From: Octopus vulgaris | Lineage: Eukaryota | Direction of reading: 5' to 3' | DNA: 64,000 bases | NCBI GenBank assembly: GCA_951406725.2 | Contig: OX597836.1 | Location: 48,112,001 to 48,176,000 of the forward strand | Shown here: positions 1 through 11,999 of the stretch, in pieces | Layout of the letters: each line of letters starts with the position of its first letter | How positions within the stretch are numbered: the first letter of the stretch is position 1 | Translations under genes and position numbers: made by a program | Notes under the pieces: model-generated | Databases searched by the model: none | What the model was told of the DNA's origin: nothing | The model's input: the letters and a program-made list of their open reading frames with translations, nothing else

Positions 1-196
1 CTATTTCTACATCATAAATAAACGTGGATGAAGGGAAAATGTTATTCATTGAAGCAGTATTCTTGCTGCAGTGTTTTACTGATGATGTATGTTACTGTGT
101 AAGCACCATTCCAAACTTGGCTCACATTCTGGATTGATTTTCTTGTTGATTTCTTAGTAAGCGTTAAGCCCTTATCCCATTTCTTATTTATCTAAG

Positions 197-361
197 GATG
201 AGGCGACTAAATAGTTCTCCACACTACTATGGTAGTGGAATGCCTGCATATCCTGAATCCAGCCGGGGTGAGTCAAGGGATTGGGAGCGGATGGAACGTG
301 TGCAACATAATCCTGATGACCTGCGCCATAGTATTAGCGCCAGGCTTGCAGGATCTCCAAG
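197..361 (+). CDS. RS/RG-rich gene exon (MRRLNSSPHY...NPDDLRHSISARLAGSP)
   Basis: tctaag| acceptor, |gtaagt donor, 165 nt, phase 2-2, open frame. Confidence 0.8.
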
Positions 362-1985
362 GTAAGTACTTTCTTTTAAAATACCCTAACCCTAACGAAA
401 TTGTAGTTATCAGTTCTTGACATTGCCACTTGGCTGCACAACTGGAGGGAAGGGACTATTAGGGTTGGAATCAACACCACCAGTTCTGAGTTGTAAATAG
501 TAAATATTCTGTGAAACATTTGCTGCTGTCCAGTCTCTCAGCCTAAGCTAATTAATTAGTTTCTTGATTTCTAAACCCATCTGTGTTTAGAATTTAAATT
601 ACATAAATATAACAATGTTGTGCATCTTTAAGTAAGATCCTTTGCATGGGTAGATATTGTTAAGTATTTCTGTAAAGACAAGTTATTTCATGAAGAGTTA
701 AGAACCTAAATACCTTTAGAATGAATATTGTATATTCTTTATGAAGATTAGTTGCAGTATAATACTGATACACGATCCAGTATTTGATATTAAAGGTGTA
801 TACAGGTGAGATTCGATGGATTGCCAAGTAATTGAAGAGATTCTTGATTCTGTCAATACTGCTTAGGAATGAGTTGTTTTCTGGTTCTCCAGGTGGACCC
901 TAACAGACGGTCAGAGGTGCTCTGTTCTTTTGTTAATCTGAAGTGGACACGGCAATGACCATGCATGTTTGTTGGTCCTCTTGATCGTTAAGATCAGGAC
1001 ACACTGGGAATGGATTTCAAGAGGTGGACTCGCTTGAAGTCGGAATGATTGGACAAGGTGTTTGGTGGAGGATCTGATGGTGAGATAGTGCAAGAAGACA
1101 AAAGGGGTGATGGAACTCCCTACTTCAGATGAGCAGAAGAAACCACTGGAATGGCTGACGATGCAAAGAAAAGACACCATTGACATGGTTAATTGGAGTG
1201 ATTGCAGTTTGTTAAATAATGAGTGTTTTTTTTAATTAGCTGAGTGGCCAGTTTAGTCTGCATCTGCTGTATTATTCCAGATACAAACAAATGGATTACA
1301 AAGAAAGGAAAATTCTATTCTGTTGCCTATAGAAAGTCTCTGAAGATCAATGAAGGTTATAGTACACTGTGATGTGTTGGGCCAACAGTTTTATTGGTGT
1401 TTTATTGCCTATTAGCTGAAACCTACAATGCTGGGGAAATCCTTTCTTATTCCTTTGAAGTATTTACGCATATGTTGTTGATTGCTGGCCTGTCACATTC
1501 TTTGTAACGTCCACATCGTCTGCCCTGTTACCAATATTGTTTACTGTCTGCATCACCACATCTGACAAGAGAAGCCCTTTCAGAGTCGATGTCCATGTGA
1601 CTGAATCACTGAGATTTCATGACAGGTGGGATGACACCGATAAACAACAGGTGTGGCATTGCCTGCATAGGAAGAGGGACACTGTTTCACTTCAACAACA
1701 AATGAGGAATATTGCAAGAAATGTGGATTTCTTGGCAGCAAGGGCCCAGGCAAGAACTTCTTTCTGCATGTAAAACTCTATTTTTACAGCTGATAAATAC
1801 AAACCTATACACAAGCTTTTGGCAGAGGGCAACCCTTACTCTGGGACTCTGAAGAAGAACACTGGAACACAATAATAATTTATTCTATCATCATTATAAA
1901 TATTTAGGTTAATGTGCAGCATTACAAATTTGGAGCAGCATTTACATGACGAGCTTCTCCTTTCTTTGCTAGTGTTTTTTTTTTT

Positions 1986-2016
<31 letters not shown>

Positions 2017-5000
2017 TACATGTTTGGCTGTGGGCTGTAAGCGGCAAAAGGAAACGATAGAAATGAAATGCTATTTCATTCCAAATCTTTCGTTTATTGT
2101 TTGGTGCGAACCCAACAAAATGTTAGCCATACAAAATAATGTTTAAAGCTAGCGTGTTGTTTTGTAAGAGAGAGACATGTTAAGAAGAAAGGAAGAGGAG
2201 CAGACATGACAACAAACCAGAAGATGATGAGTAGAAAATACAGAAGCCATGGAATTTGAATTATAATTTAATACTTTTGAGGCTTTACTGGAGAAATCTA
2301 ACAAACTGACCATCTTTTGAAGTCTGGAAAACTTTGATAATTTCCATCTACTACAATGATTCTAAATATTTAGAATGGCCAGGATTTTGTTGTGCAATTT
2401 AGGTAAGAATTTGCACGAAGACATCAAGCATAATGTGCAACGGTTCTCTTTTAATGTTGCATATTTTGTTGATGAGAATCAGGAAAAAGCCTTTGCTGTT
2501 GCAAAACACCAACAGCAGCAGCCAACTGCTGTTTTAGGTTTCAACTCCTGAGAGAATATTCACGACTAAGGCTTTATTTCTCCTTATTTTCTTCCACATT
2601 TCCTCTCAAAGATCATTTTGTGGTGAGAATCATACAATCCTAAAGCTAAATGGCAAGTGCTCTCCCGCTTTCTTTCTCTCTCTCTCTGTCACTCAGTGAA
2701 AAATCTATTGTCACTGTTTAACTTATAATTGGAAAACTGGATTATAAGTATTGATTTCAAATTTTGGCACAAGGCCAGCAATTTCGGGAGCAGCAGGTAA
2801 GTCGATTATATCGACCCCAGTACTCAGCTGACACCTGTTTTATCAACCCCGAAAGGATGAAAAGCAAAGTTGACCTTGGTGGAATTTGAACTCAGAACAC
2901 AGAGATGGACGAAATGCCCCTAAGCATTTTGTCTGACATGCTACCGATTCTACCAGCTTGCTGCCTTACATTGGATAAGTATTAAATCGGGTTCTACGAA
3001 TCTATAAAGTGGGTAGTACTGTCACTTTGCTATCGAGGGTTTTGTCTTTTGGTTTGTTGTTTTTGCGTTTGGGAGAAGTATTTCCCATAAAAATAATCAC
3101 TGCAGCACATCATATCCAAATACATGTTACACACCATTCAAGTTATAAAAACCTGCCCTGCTGAAAGAAGCTGTCATCTCTTATGCTTTACATGTATACA
3201 CATCCAACACTTAAACTGAGAGGAAATGCATAGAAGCCATACTTTATATTCATATTATTCTGTTCATTTATGTTTGCTTCTAGCTGTGTTTTTGTTTATC
3301 TCTAGGAGAAAAAGTGGATATCAAGATGGGAGTTATTTTGATCGAGAATACACTCCAAAGAGAAGAGGTAAGACCATGAATGGAGGGAGTCCCATCTTTG
3401 CATATTAAAATTTTTGATCGTTTGAAAAGCTGTTGCACTGCACCACACAACTGGAAATATTCACAGAGTCTGATTACAAAAAGAGTCTGCTATGAGTCTG
3501 ACTAGAGTCCGACTCCAACAACTGTTTGCTATGAATCCAATCTTGTGATGTGAAACGAACTTTCATAAGTCACTGCAACGGCAGCAGTGTTAAATGTGGT
3601 TTGACATTTCGAAGGAATCAAGTCTCTACAGAAAATATGGAGGGGAAAAAAAAGAAGAAAACGAAAACAACAAATGTTTGCAGCTGAACTCGCAACTTTG
3701 CTGGTTCTGTTCTAAACTTCAGTTGTTGGTGAAAAGAAAGAACAAAAGTACCAAACTACACAATCGTGGATTTATTTGAATGCAAAAAATGAATAAGGTT
3801 TATGGGTTCATCAGCTTGTATTTCATATTTCGAACAAAATATCCCTAAACCTTGTTTCATGAAATCAATTAATCTTTGACAGCAAATACACCTGGATGAA
3901 CACAGACTGTTAATAATGAGAATGTTGAAGTTATCAGGAAGTCTTTTACTGCAAGAATAAACATTCAAAACGAAAACAAAACTATTCTTAACATAACAAA
4001 AGTGATTGGTTTCAAAGGAACAATTTGAGGCAATTCTTTTTTTTTTCTTTCTTTTTTTTTTTAATAATAAAAAAAAAACTATTTTAATAATAAGTTTGGT
4101 CTCCCAAAGTACCAGACTATTATATTATTCTATATGAAGTTTTACATCAAAAGAAACCTGCTAGAAATAGCAACAAAATCACCCTCAAGCTTTGCCTGCC
4201 ATCTTAAAAATAGTTGAATATACTGGATAACTCAAGAACTAAAGAGTGTACAGAATGGTCTTGGCTAGAATTCTAGTCAGCCAATAATGATGCATCACAA
4301 AATGTTCTGAATACCTCAACATGAATCAAACCACATGCTTAAACACAAACACACAAACACAACCTGAAAGTGAAGGGGGGGATGTCTACTTAAAGAATAA
4401 AAGAACCTGTAGTGAAGGTAAGTTTGGCATATTTGGAACTCCCTGAGGGACCTGTCTCTGCTCGGTCAGGGTTCAACTGGAATTAACGCAACAACAACAA
4501 CACTAACAATTTCACCACAGTCAAAGACCTGACTCTGAATACTTAGAAATGCTGAATAGTAAAACTATTAAGTGGCATTACAAGGAAAATAAAGGTGAAG
4601 GATAATGGAAACTGACAACATTTCAGAATACAACACAGAAACAAAATTTACAGGTGGCTTACGAGGAGCCATCTTCAAAATGTTGCACACACATACACAC
4701 ACACACATACACACACACACACCACACAGCTGAGGTCACACATTTTGTTTTCTTGTACTCCTTTTTTCTTTTGTGTGTGTGTGAAATATTTTAAGTTGGT
4801 ATTTGTTGCTTACATTATTTCCATTAATTAATGACAAATGAAAGCATTCACACTAATGTGTGTATGTGTATATATATATATTCAAATGAATATGGTACTT
4901 AATTTAGATGCACCAGAATTTTGTATGGTGTTATCCATGAAAATCTGTGGGGTGATTATAATCAAAATAAGCAACAAGAATGACTCCAGTAATTTGGTAC

Positions 5001-8000
5001 GATCGTTTCGTACTACATCATTTTATTAAATGTTGTAAGTATTACAACAGATTTAAGATGCTGAGCTCTCATCAGCCAATTATAGAGGTTTTCCATTAAT
5101 ACAAAAATTTTCATATTAAGTGGCAACATTATAGAGAAGGTAGATATAAAGACAGATGTGGATTTAAATTTTAAGAACATTTGAGGTAGTGGAGTCCCTT
5201 ATATGTTCTTAAAATTTAAATCCACATCTTTGTCTTTATATTTACCTTCTCTATAATGTTGCCACTTGATATGAAAATTTTTGTATTAATGGAAAACCTC
5301 TATAATTGGCTGATGAGAGCTCAGCATCTTAAATCTGTTGTAATACTTACAACATTTAATAAAATGATGTAGTACGAAACGATCGTACCAAATTACTGGA
5401 GTCATTCTTGTTGCTTATTTTGAGTATATATATACATATATAATAAAGAGGACGACAAACATTTAGGCAAGGCAAACATCTCAAGTCAAATACGATGTTA
5501 TTATTATTGGGAAAGATTCGGTCTTACAGCTGTTTCTGGGATATTCCGTTATCAGAGACATAGAGGAAGGGAGTAAAAGAATGAGGAGATGGAAAGAGAG
5601 AAGGAAAAAAGAAGCATAAAAGTTCATAGTTCAACTTTCCGTTGTTGTAGAAAGAAGTGCATAAGTCCTTAGGTTCAATCCTGCGTGGATCCATGTGGGT
5701 TAAAATCCTGATAGTGTAAACATCCAGAGAAAAAAGACGTAAACATATCAACGTTGATATGGTAGGGGAGGTGGTTATTAAGTGGTAAAAGGAAAGAAAA
5801 GTAAATGACTGGAAAGAGAGGGGGAGAGGGGTTTAAGGATAAAATAAGGTGTATAAGCATATGGTGTCTAAGAATATTGCGTACAGGGGTAAATGCTTGT
5901 GTCAGTTCTGGCTAAGGTCAGTGGCTGTAGAGTTATTTTTAGCAATGGGGTTATGGGTGTGTAGGTGGTCAAGAATGGAGGAGCTAGTTGAATGTTGAAT
6001 TATTTATGAGTGGGAGTTAGAATTAGATATTAGGGGATTTATTGGGTTAAGGTTTAAAAATAAATTAAATAATTAATATTTATCTTACAAGGTGATGAGG
6101 TAAGGTAGATGTAAGAGATATAGAAGGGTAGGTGTTAATGATCATGGAGCTTTGTATGTGAGTGTTATTTAGATTTAGATTTATGAAAGAATTTGAAAGT
6201 GCAGAAGAATTTGTGCTTACACGTAGTGAAGGCTTCGTTGTGTTTATTAAGCAATTGTGGGGAGTTGTGGGTTAAAAGGTAGCTACTACAAATTTTAAAC
6301 AAAGATATTATGCACATTTAAACTCATTTAAATATAAAAAGAATAGCCATTCCACATCATTAGCCAGCCATGTACACCATCTAATTAATAGAAAAATACA
6401 ATATAGACTTTGCTGGGCTATAATAGACGCTGATATCCCGTATCAGGGCCAACACTCCATTTGTGGACTCTGCTTAAAAGGGACCCTCAACTCACCACAT
6501 TTGCTTAATTATCTTTCTCTACCTCCTCATCCTCCTTCTTATCTTCTCGGCTACCCCTGTACGCAATATTCTTAGACACCATATGCTTATACACCTTATT
6601 TTATCCTTAAACCCCTCTCCCCCTCACTCTAACCACCTCTCTTTCCAGTCATTTACTTTTCTTTCCTTTTACCACTTAATAACCACCTCCCCTACCATAT
6701 CAACGTTGATATGTTTACATCTTTTTTTCTCTGGATGTTTACACTATCAGGATTTTAACCCACATGGATCCACCTAAGGACTTATGCACTTCTTTCTACA
6801 ACATCGGAAAGTTGAACTATGAACTTTTATGCTTCTTTTTTCCTTCTCTCTTTCCATCTCCTCATTCTTTTACTCCCTTCCTCTATGTCGTCGTTTCATC
6901 AATTCAAACCCTTCTCATTTTCCCTATATGTCTCTGATAACGGAATATCCCATACTCGGGGGATATCCCAGAAACAGCTGTAAGACTAATGATAATAAAG
7001 TGTATGAATTGAGATGTTTGACTTGCCTTCACGTTTGTTGTCCTCTTTAACAATTCTATATCTGCTGCATCGGAAGGAGCATCCGTTACAGCACTTACCT
7101 ACCTAATCATTTAGATCACCTGTGAACTGAACCACAATACTTTCTTTGTATTTATATTTATATATATTTTATTTATATATATATATATATATTGTTTATA
7201 TATTCAGTCTCCTTGGGCTGAAAACTTAAATGCATTTTTCTGTGGCTTCCTTGGATACATGTTTTTTAGTTGTAATGAAAATGTCTAAATTTCCTGAGAA
7301 AATCTTCAGCAGACGAGGCTGTTCCCGTGGTGTAATTAGATCCTCTTCAAATTTGGTTTGAAACAGTTGTGTGTAACTTTCAGTTTGTTTTCCCTTAGTA
7401 CTGGTTGACTGCTGTAGAATCCTCGCTTTGGATAATCTGTAAATGACATAAGACTACATAAACATGAATTTGAAAGAGAAAAGATTAATTGCTGGCCAGT
7501 CATGTTGTCAGTTACACTTTAGGCGGACTGCCATGGAATCCCCTTCTATTGTGATGTTTCTACTATTTTATTGTCAGTCCCTAAGCACAAACAGGTTGAT
7601 GTATTCTGTTCGCACGTCTGCCAGTGCTACATAAAGAGCGCCCAACACACTGTTAAATGGTTGACATTAGGAAGAGCTTTGAGCGTTAAAAACCATGCCA
7701 CAACAGACAGTTGTACTCTGGACAGCTCCCCAGCTGGCCAGCTTTATGTCAAACTGTCCAACCCATGCCAACTTGAAAAACGGACGTTAAATGATGATGG
7801 TGTCTGTGATGTAAACCTCATGGACAAACTAACTTTTAAGTTTTTGGTTCAATCTCAAACATCATTACAGGTGCTAATTAAACAGACAAGGTTTTTAAGT
7901 AGCATCAATGTCTCAGTATGTCCTATTTTTATCCACTTGTCTCTTTCTAGCCATCTCTCTATGTTGGTGGTCATATTGTCCTCCTTTGTGTTCTGTAACT

Positions 8001-11000
8001 TAATGCTTCAAGAAATAGAGATGATAAAATATGTACTGGGGGTCATATGACTAACTAAACCCCCAAAAGCGATAACCCAGCATGACCTCCAGTGAAAGAA
8101 TAAACTGGATACTGAATTCCTTAGGTAGAACATGACCCTTTCTTTCTTCCAGTCAGATATATTCATCACCCTTACTGTTTCGTTTCTCATTAGTTTGGTT
8201 CTGTTGTCGATGTACAACAAAACCCAATTGCTTTCATCTTTTAATCTTTTATGTAAGTGTTGCATTGACTGATAATCCTGTTACTTTCTAATCAATTTCT
8301 TGCCAAATATGTTTTTTTTTTCAGCTTCACTGGTTTTTACTGGGGAATGAAATAATTGAAAATAGAATAGAGATATTTTGTTGCATAAATATTATTTTAA
8401 ATTCTTATTTTATCATTTGCTTATTTGAAAACTATAAACTGAAAATATATAAATTTTAAAATGTTAGGTGATGACTAAAAAAGAAAATTAGAGAACTGTA
8501 GTTGTCTGTTTACGAGGAACTGATCTTAGAGTCCGTTGATGTTACAGCCTGTCTTTTACATTCAACATGGAAGTCTATTTAAAGCAAATTGATTCTCTCT
8601 TTCTCCCCCTCAACTTGCTGTTATAATCAAAGTAAGATAAATAAGTGTCTGCTGCTGTTAAAACTAACCCACTTTTATTATTGTTACAGAAGTTCATTAG
8701 GTAAAGAAATCCAAAAATAACTTAAGAGCTTGCTTAACATTTCAGATTCAAAATATTCCAAAACTTCTTCAGATCCTGCTCTAAGTTTTTCCAAGCATTC
8801 TGGTGAGTAGTTTTCTTTCAGCATCTCATTTCATTTAATAATTAGTTTCTTGTTAACTAATACAACATCTCCTTTGCAATATATCTGCTTTGATGACCAA
8901 TAATGTGGACTGGAAAGTTAAATAATGGTTCGATGCTAGGATAAGAGGTAAAACAGTGTTATAATTAATGATGAATTGAACGATTTGATGACGTTGGTTT
9001 TCATGGGTTCAATTAACTCAGATAAGGGCTCAAATAATAGGCTTGTTTTGGACTTTGGAAATTCATTTCTAAAATTTGGCATTTAAGGAAAACTTTGTCA
9101 GAGTTAATCCAGCCTTTTTTTTTTTTTCTGTTTGTTTTCTTAAAGTCTGTATTTCTTGTATATCACCTGTCTACTGCTCAGACTGTGATTAAGCCCCCAA
9201 ACCTTCATTTTAGGCAGAGTTTCATTGCTCTTGGTTAGCTTACCAATCCCACTGATCTATAAAGGTTTACAAAAGTAATGTGCATTACTTCTTCATCAAC
9301 TAAATAATAGTTATTTTGTAAACGATTTCATGGCAAACTGAGTCCAGGTCGTGTTTCAGGAAAGCATTGAAAGACATTATGGTGGGAAATATTTTTCCTC
9401 ATGATTTTGTTGCTTGCTTTACTACTTCAACCTTATTTGGTGAACTCAACCAAGTTTTGCATCACTAGTGACTGCTATTATTGACAAAGCTAAGCTGAAT
9501 ATTGTTCTCCTAACAGTAAATTAATTTTGAAACTAAATTCATAGGCGCAAGAGTGGCTGTGTGGTAAGTAGCTTGCTAACCAACCACATGGTTCCGGGTT
9601 CAGTCCCACTGCGTGGCATCTTGGGTAAGTGTCTTCTGCTATAGCCCCGGGCCGACCAATGCCTTGTGAGTGGATTTGGTAGACGGAAACTGAAAAGAAA
9701 CCCATCGTATATATGTATATATATATATATATGTATGTGTGTGTCTGTGTTTGTCCCCCTAGCATTGCTTGACAACCGATGATGGTGTGTTTACGTCCCC
9801 GTCACTTAGCAGTTCGGCAAAAGAGACCGATAGAATAAGTACTGGGCTTACAAAGAATAAGTCTCGGGGTCGATTTGCTCGACTAAAGGCGGTGCTCCAG
9901 CATGGCCGCAGTCAAATGACTGAAACAAGTAAAAGAGTAGAGAGAGTGTCTGTTTCAGGAATGTAAATCATTTGAAAGATTTATTCGTCAAGTGTATAAC
10001 CCCAGCCCACCCTCCAGATAATCCTTACAAGCTATCTATGGCTGATTTCACTGATACTCATCTCTTTAAAAATGTTCTGTGGTGTTATTTGAAACTGTTA
10101 TCTGTTGCTGTATACATATATACGTTTATTTTAGTGCTTGTCTCTATACAAGATTCTTTCCTATTTTATTTCATTATCTTAAAAATTTAATGTGTCTCCT
10201 CAGATAAATATTCAGATTGGAAAGATGTCCATGACATAAATAATCGAAGCAGGGGTTTCCATGAGGTGAGTTTAATTTGTTCACTAATTACCTAATTGTT
10301 GAGTCTACTACACACCATGCAACAAATAAATTCTACTTCAAAACTATATTTCCAACAATGCTAAATTAGTCTATTCTGTATTTTAGAGACGAAGGATTAT
10401 GTACATTATTTACAATGGACAGATAGGTGTCCTCACCTTGTTTGTTGTTATCATCACAATATTTCGGCTGATGTCCTCTCCAGCCTTCATCAGGTTTTCT
10501 GGAGGAATTTTGAACCCAACCCTTTATTTGACTCATGAGGTACATTGTTCTCGTTCCTAAAGTATGTTGCTGATGTTCTCTTTCTGTTGATATTATTTTT
10601 TGGGTCAGTCCCAGGTAGGGGACTGAAAAATAACATCAGCAACACACCTTAGGAATGAGAACAGTGTACCTCATGAGTCAAATAAAAGGTTAGGTTTGAA
10701 ATTCCACCAGAACACCTGATGAAGGCTGGAGAGTACACCAGCCGAAACATTGTGGAAACAACAAACAAGGTGAGGGCACCTGTCTGTCCATTGTAAATAA
10801 TGTACTAGAATAGTCTGCATGAGGTGCAGGAGTGGCTGTGTGGTAAGTAGCTTGTTTACCAACCACATGGTTCTGGGTTCAGTCCCACTGCGTGGCATCT
10901 TGGGCAAGTGTTTTCTACTATAGCCCCGGGCCGACCAAAGCCTTGTGAGTGGATTTGGTAGATGGAAACTGAAAGAAGCCTGTCGTATATATGTATGCGT

Positions 11001-11772
11001 GTGTGTGTTTGTGTGTCTGTGTTTGTCCCCCTAGCATTGCTTGACAACCGATGCTGGTGTGTTTACGTCCCCATTACTTAGCGGTTCGGCAAAAGAAACC
11101 GATAGAATAAGTACTGAGCTTACAAAAGAATAAGTCCTGGGGTCGAGTTGCTCGACTAAAGGCGGTGCTCCAGCATGGCCGCAGTCAAATGACTGAAACA
11201 AATAAAAGAGTAAAAGAGAAAATAGTCTGCATGGTCATGGTTGGATCAAAGCTAGCTCTAAACTGGACTTCTCTTATCTCTCTACAAGATACACAAAGAA
11301 ACCCATTGCTAGAAATACTTTCCTGTGTTGAATTATCTGTGAGCTGTGATTGAAAATATGTTTTTCATTGTGATATTTTGTTATTATTAATAGCTTGGCT
11401 CTAAATCCGAGGGTAGTCCTCGCCATGACAGTGGGCAGAGCTATCGTGGGCCTCTTTCTCATCGACCAGCTTTATTAAAAACCCCTGTGGGGATCAAACG
11501 TGGCAGTATCCTGCGGGGTGCTTTCAGATCAAGATCCTCAAGACCCATTGGAAGATTTCGCAGCCAAAGTCGAGGTTCCCTAAGCAGAAGAGGCCGTGGA
11601 AGAGGTGAGCAGGATATAAATTTTTAATAAAACTTGTTTTGGTTTTAATTTCCCTCTTATTCTAATAAATATTTTCATTTTTTCTTTTGTAGGTGGTTCA
11701 TCTCCCGGTTACAATAGTGGAGATAATTTTCATAAGTCTGAAGGGAAAATGTCAAATCCATCTGATGCTTAA
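197..11772 (+). CDS. 3' portion of a spliced gene encoding an Arg/Ser/Gly-rich low-complexity protein (probably RNA-associated; identity unresolved)
   Basis: Exons 197-361, 3306-3367, 8746-8802, 10204-10265, 11394-11604, 11693-11772 have AG/GT boundaries and intron phases 2,1,1,0,1 that join into one open frame ending ...KMSNPSDA*. AATAAA at 11880-11885. The acceptor before 197 suggests earlier exons lie upstream of the window. Confidence 0.82.
3306..3367 (+). CDS. RS/RG-rich gene exon (RKSGYQDGSYFDREYTPKRR)
   Basis: tctag| acceptor, |gtaaga donor, phase 2-1. Confidence 0.8.
4990..5082 (-). ncRNA. Mirror copy of the same hammerhead ribozyme motif
   Basis: Reverse complement of 5303-5395 in the left palindrome arm. 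Confidence 0.72.
5303..5395 (+). ncRNA. Type I hammerhead ribozyme motif (minimal, palindromic stem III)
   Basis: Stem I TAATTGG/CCAAATTA, core CTGATGA (5310-5316), extended stem II closed by G5317-C5375, GAAA (5376-5379), stem III ACGATCGT, GUA cleavage triplet at 5385-5387. Confidence 0.75.
5444..7049. mobile_element. Penelope-like retroelement remnant with inverted terminal (pLTR-like) repeats and GIY-YIG endonuclease C-terminal coding fragments
   Basis: About 5444-5890 is inverted relative to about 6553-7049. The + strand at 6282-6480 reads ATTNFKQRYYAHLNSFKYKKNSHSTSLASHVHHL...WAII...PY...CGLCLK. The - strand below 6283 reads SYLLTHNSPQLLNKHNEAFTTCKHKFF. Both resemble the Penelope ORF end. 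Confidence 0.8.
6930..6986 (+). ncRNA. Hammerhead-like motif with variant core (CTGATAA); second copy on - strand at 5521-5559
   Basis: GTCT-CTGATAA-hairpin-GAAACAGCTG-TA-AGAC; stem III ACAGCTGT is palindromic. Confidence 0.55.
8746..8802 (+). CDS. RS/RG-rich gene exon (DSKYSKTSSDPALSFSKHS)
   Basis: tttcag| acceptor, |gtgagt donor, phase 1-1. Confidence 0.78.
9544..9937 (+). mobile_element. tRNA-derived SINE, full length
   Basis: A/B-box-like head (TGGCTGTGTGGTAAG...GGTTCAGTCCC), shared body and GAAACAAGTAAAAGAG tail; many copies in the window. Confidence 0.85.
10204..10265 (+). CDS. RS/RG-rich gene exon (DKYSDWKDVHDINNRSRGFHE)
   Basis: ctcctcag| acceptor, |gtgagt donor, phase 1-0. Confidence 0.8.
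10401..10805. mobile_element. Inverted pair of Penelope-like termini with hammerhead motifs (10455-10497 -, 10713-10754 +)
   Basis: Arms about 10401-10577 and 10632-10805; motif CTGATGAAGGCTGG..CAGCCGAAA; same family as 27911-28317. Confidence 0.75.
10823..11218 (+). mobile_element. tRNA-derived SINE, full length
   Basis: High similarity to 9544-9937. Confidence 0.85.
11394..11604 (+). CDS. RS/RG-rich gene exon (LGSKSEGSPR...RSQSRGSLSRRGRGR)
   Basis: taatag| acceptor, |gtgagc donor, 70 open codons, phase 0-1, GC-richer than the flanks. Confidence 0.82.
11693..11772 (+). CDS. RS/RG-rich gene terminal coding exon (GGSSPGYNSG...SDA*)
   Basis: Long polypyrimidine tract then tgtag| acceptor, phase 1, TAA at 11770-11772, AATAAA downstream. 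Confidence 0.78.
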
Positions 11773-11999
11773 GTGTTTGGTTTATCTGTTAAGTTTATAA
11801 AGACTTGTTTTTTCTCCTAAAAGCATGAAAAAAAAAAATGAGATTGGAAATCTGTTTTTATATTTCTGATTACAAATCAAATAAAATCATCTTAAACAAG
11901 TTTCTTTGATAAAGCTAGAAATGGTTTTTGTGTGATTACTTCTTAATAACCGTTTTATTTGAATTTTTATCATCCAGTTTTCATGTTTTTGGAAAATTT

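Larger units (their letters stand above)
4962..5423. repeat. Near-perfect palindrome (about 220-bp arms, 22-nt spacer), probably derived from a Penelope-like element terminus
   Basis: 4962-5180 is the reverse complement of 5203-5423 with few differences; each arm carries a hammerhead motif. Confidence 0.9.

Noticed and set aside
5182-5192. TGAGGTAGT in the palindrome loop matches the 5' end of let-7
   Set aside because: The match stops after 9 nt and lies in a loop, not a precursor stem; likely chance.
9544-9620. tRNA-like A/B boxes as tRNA genes
   Set aside because: They are heads of multi-copy SINEs with no convincing cloverleaf.
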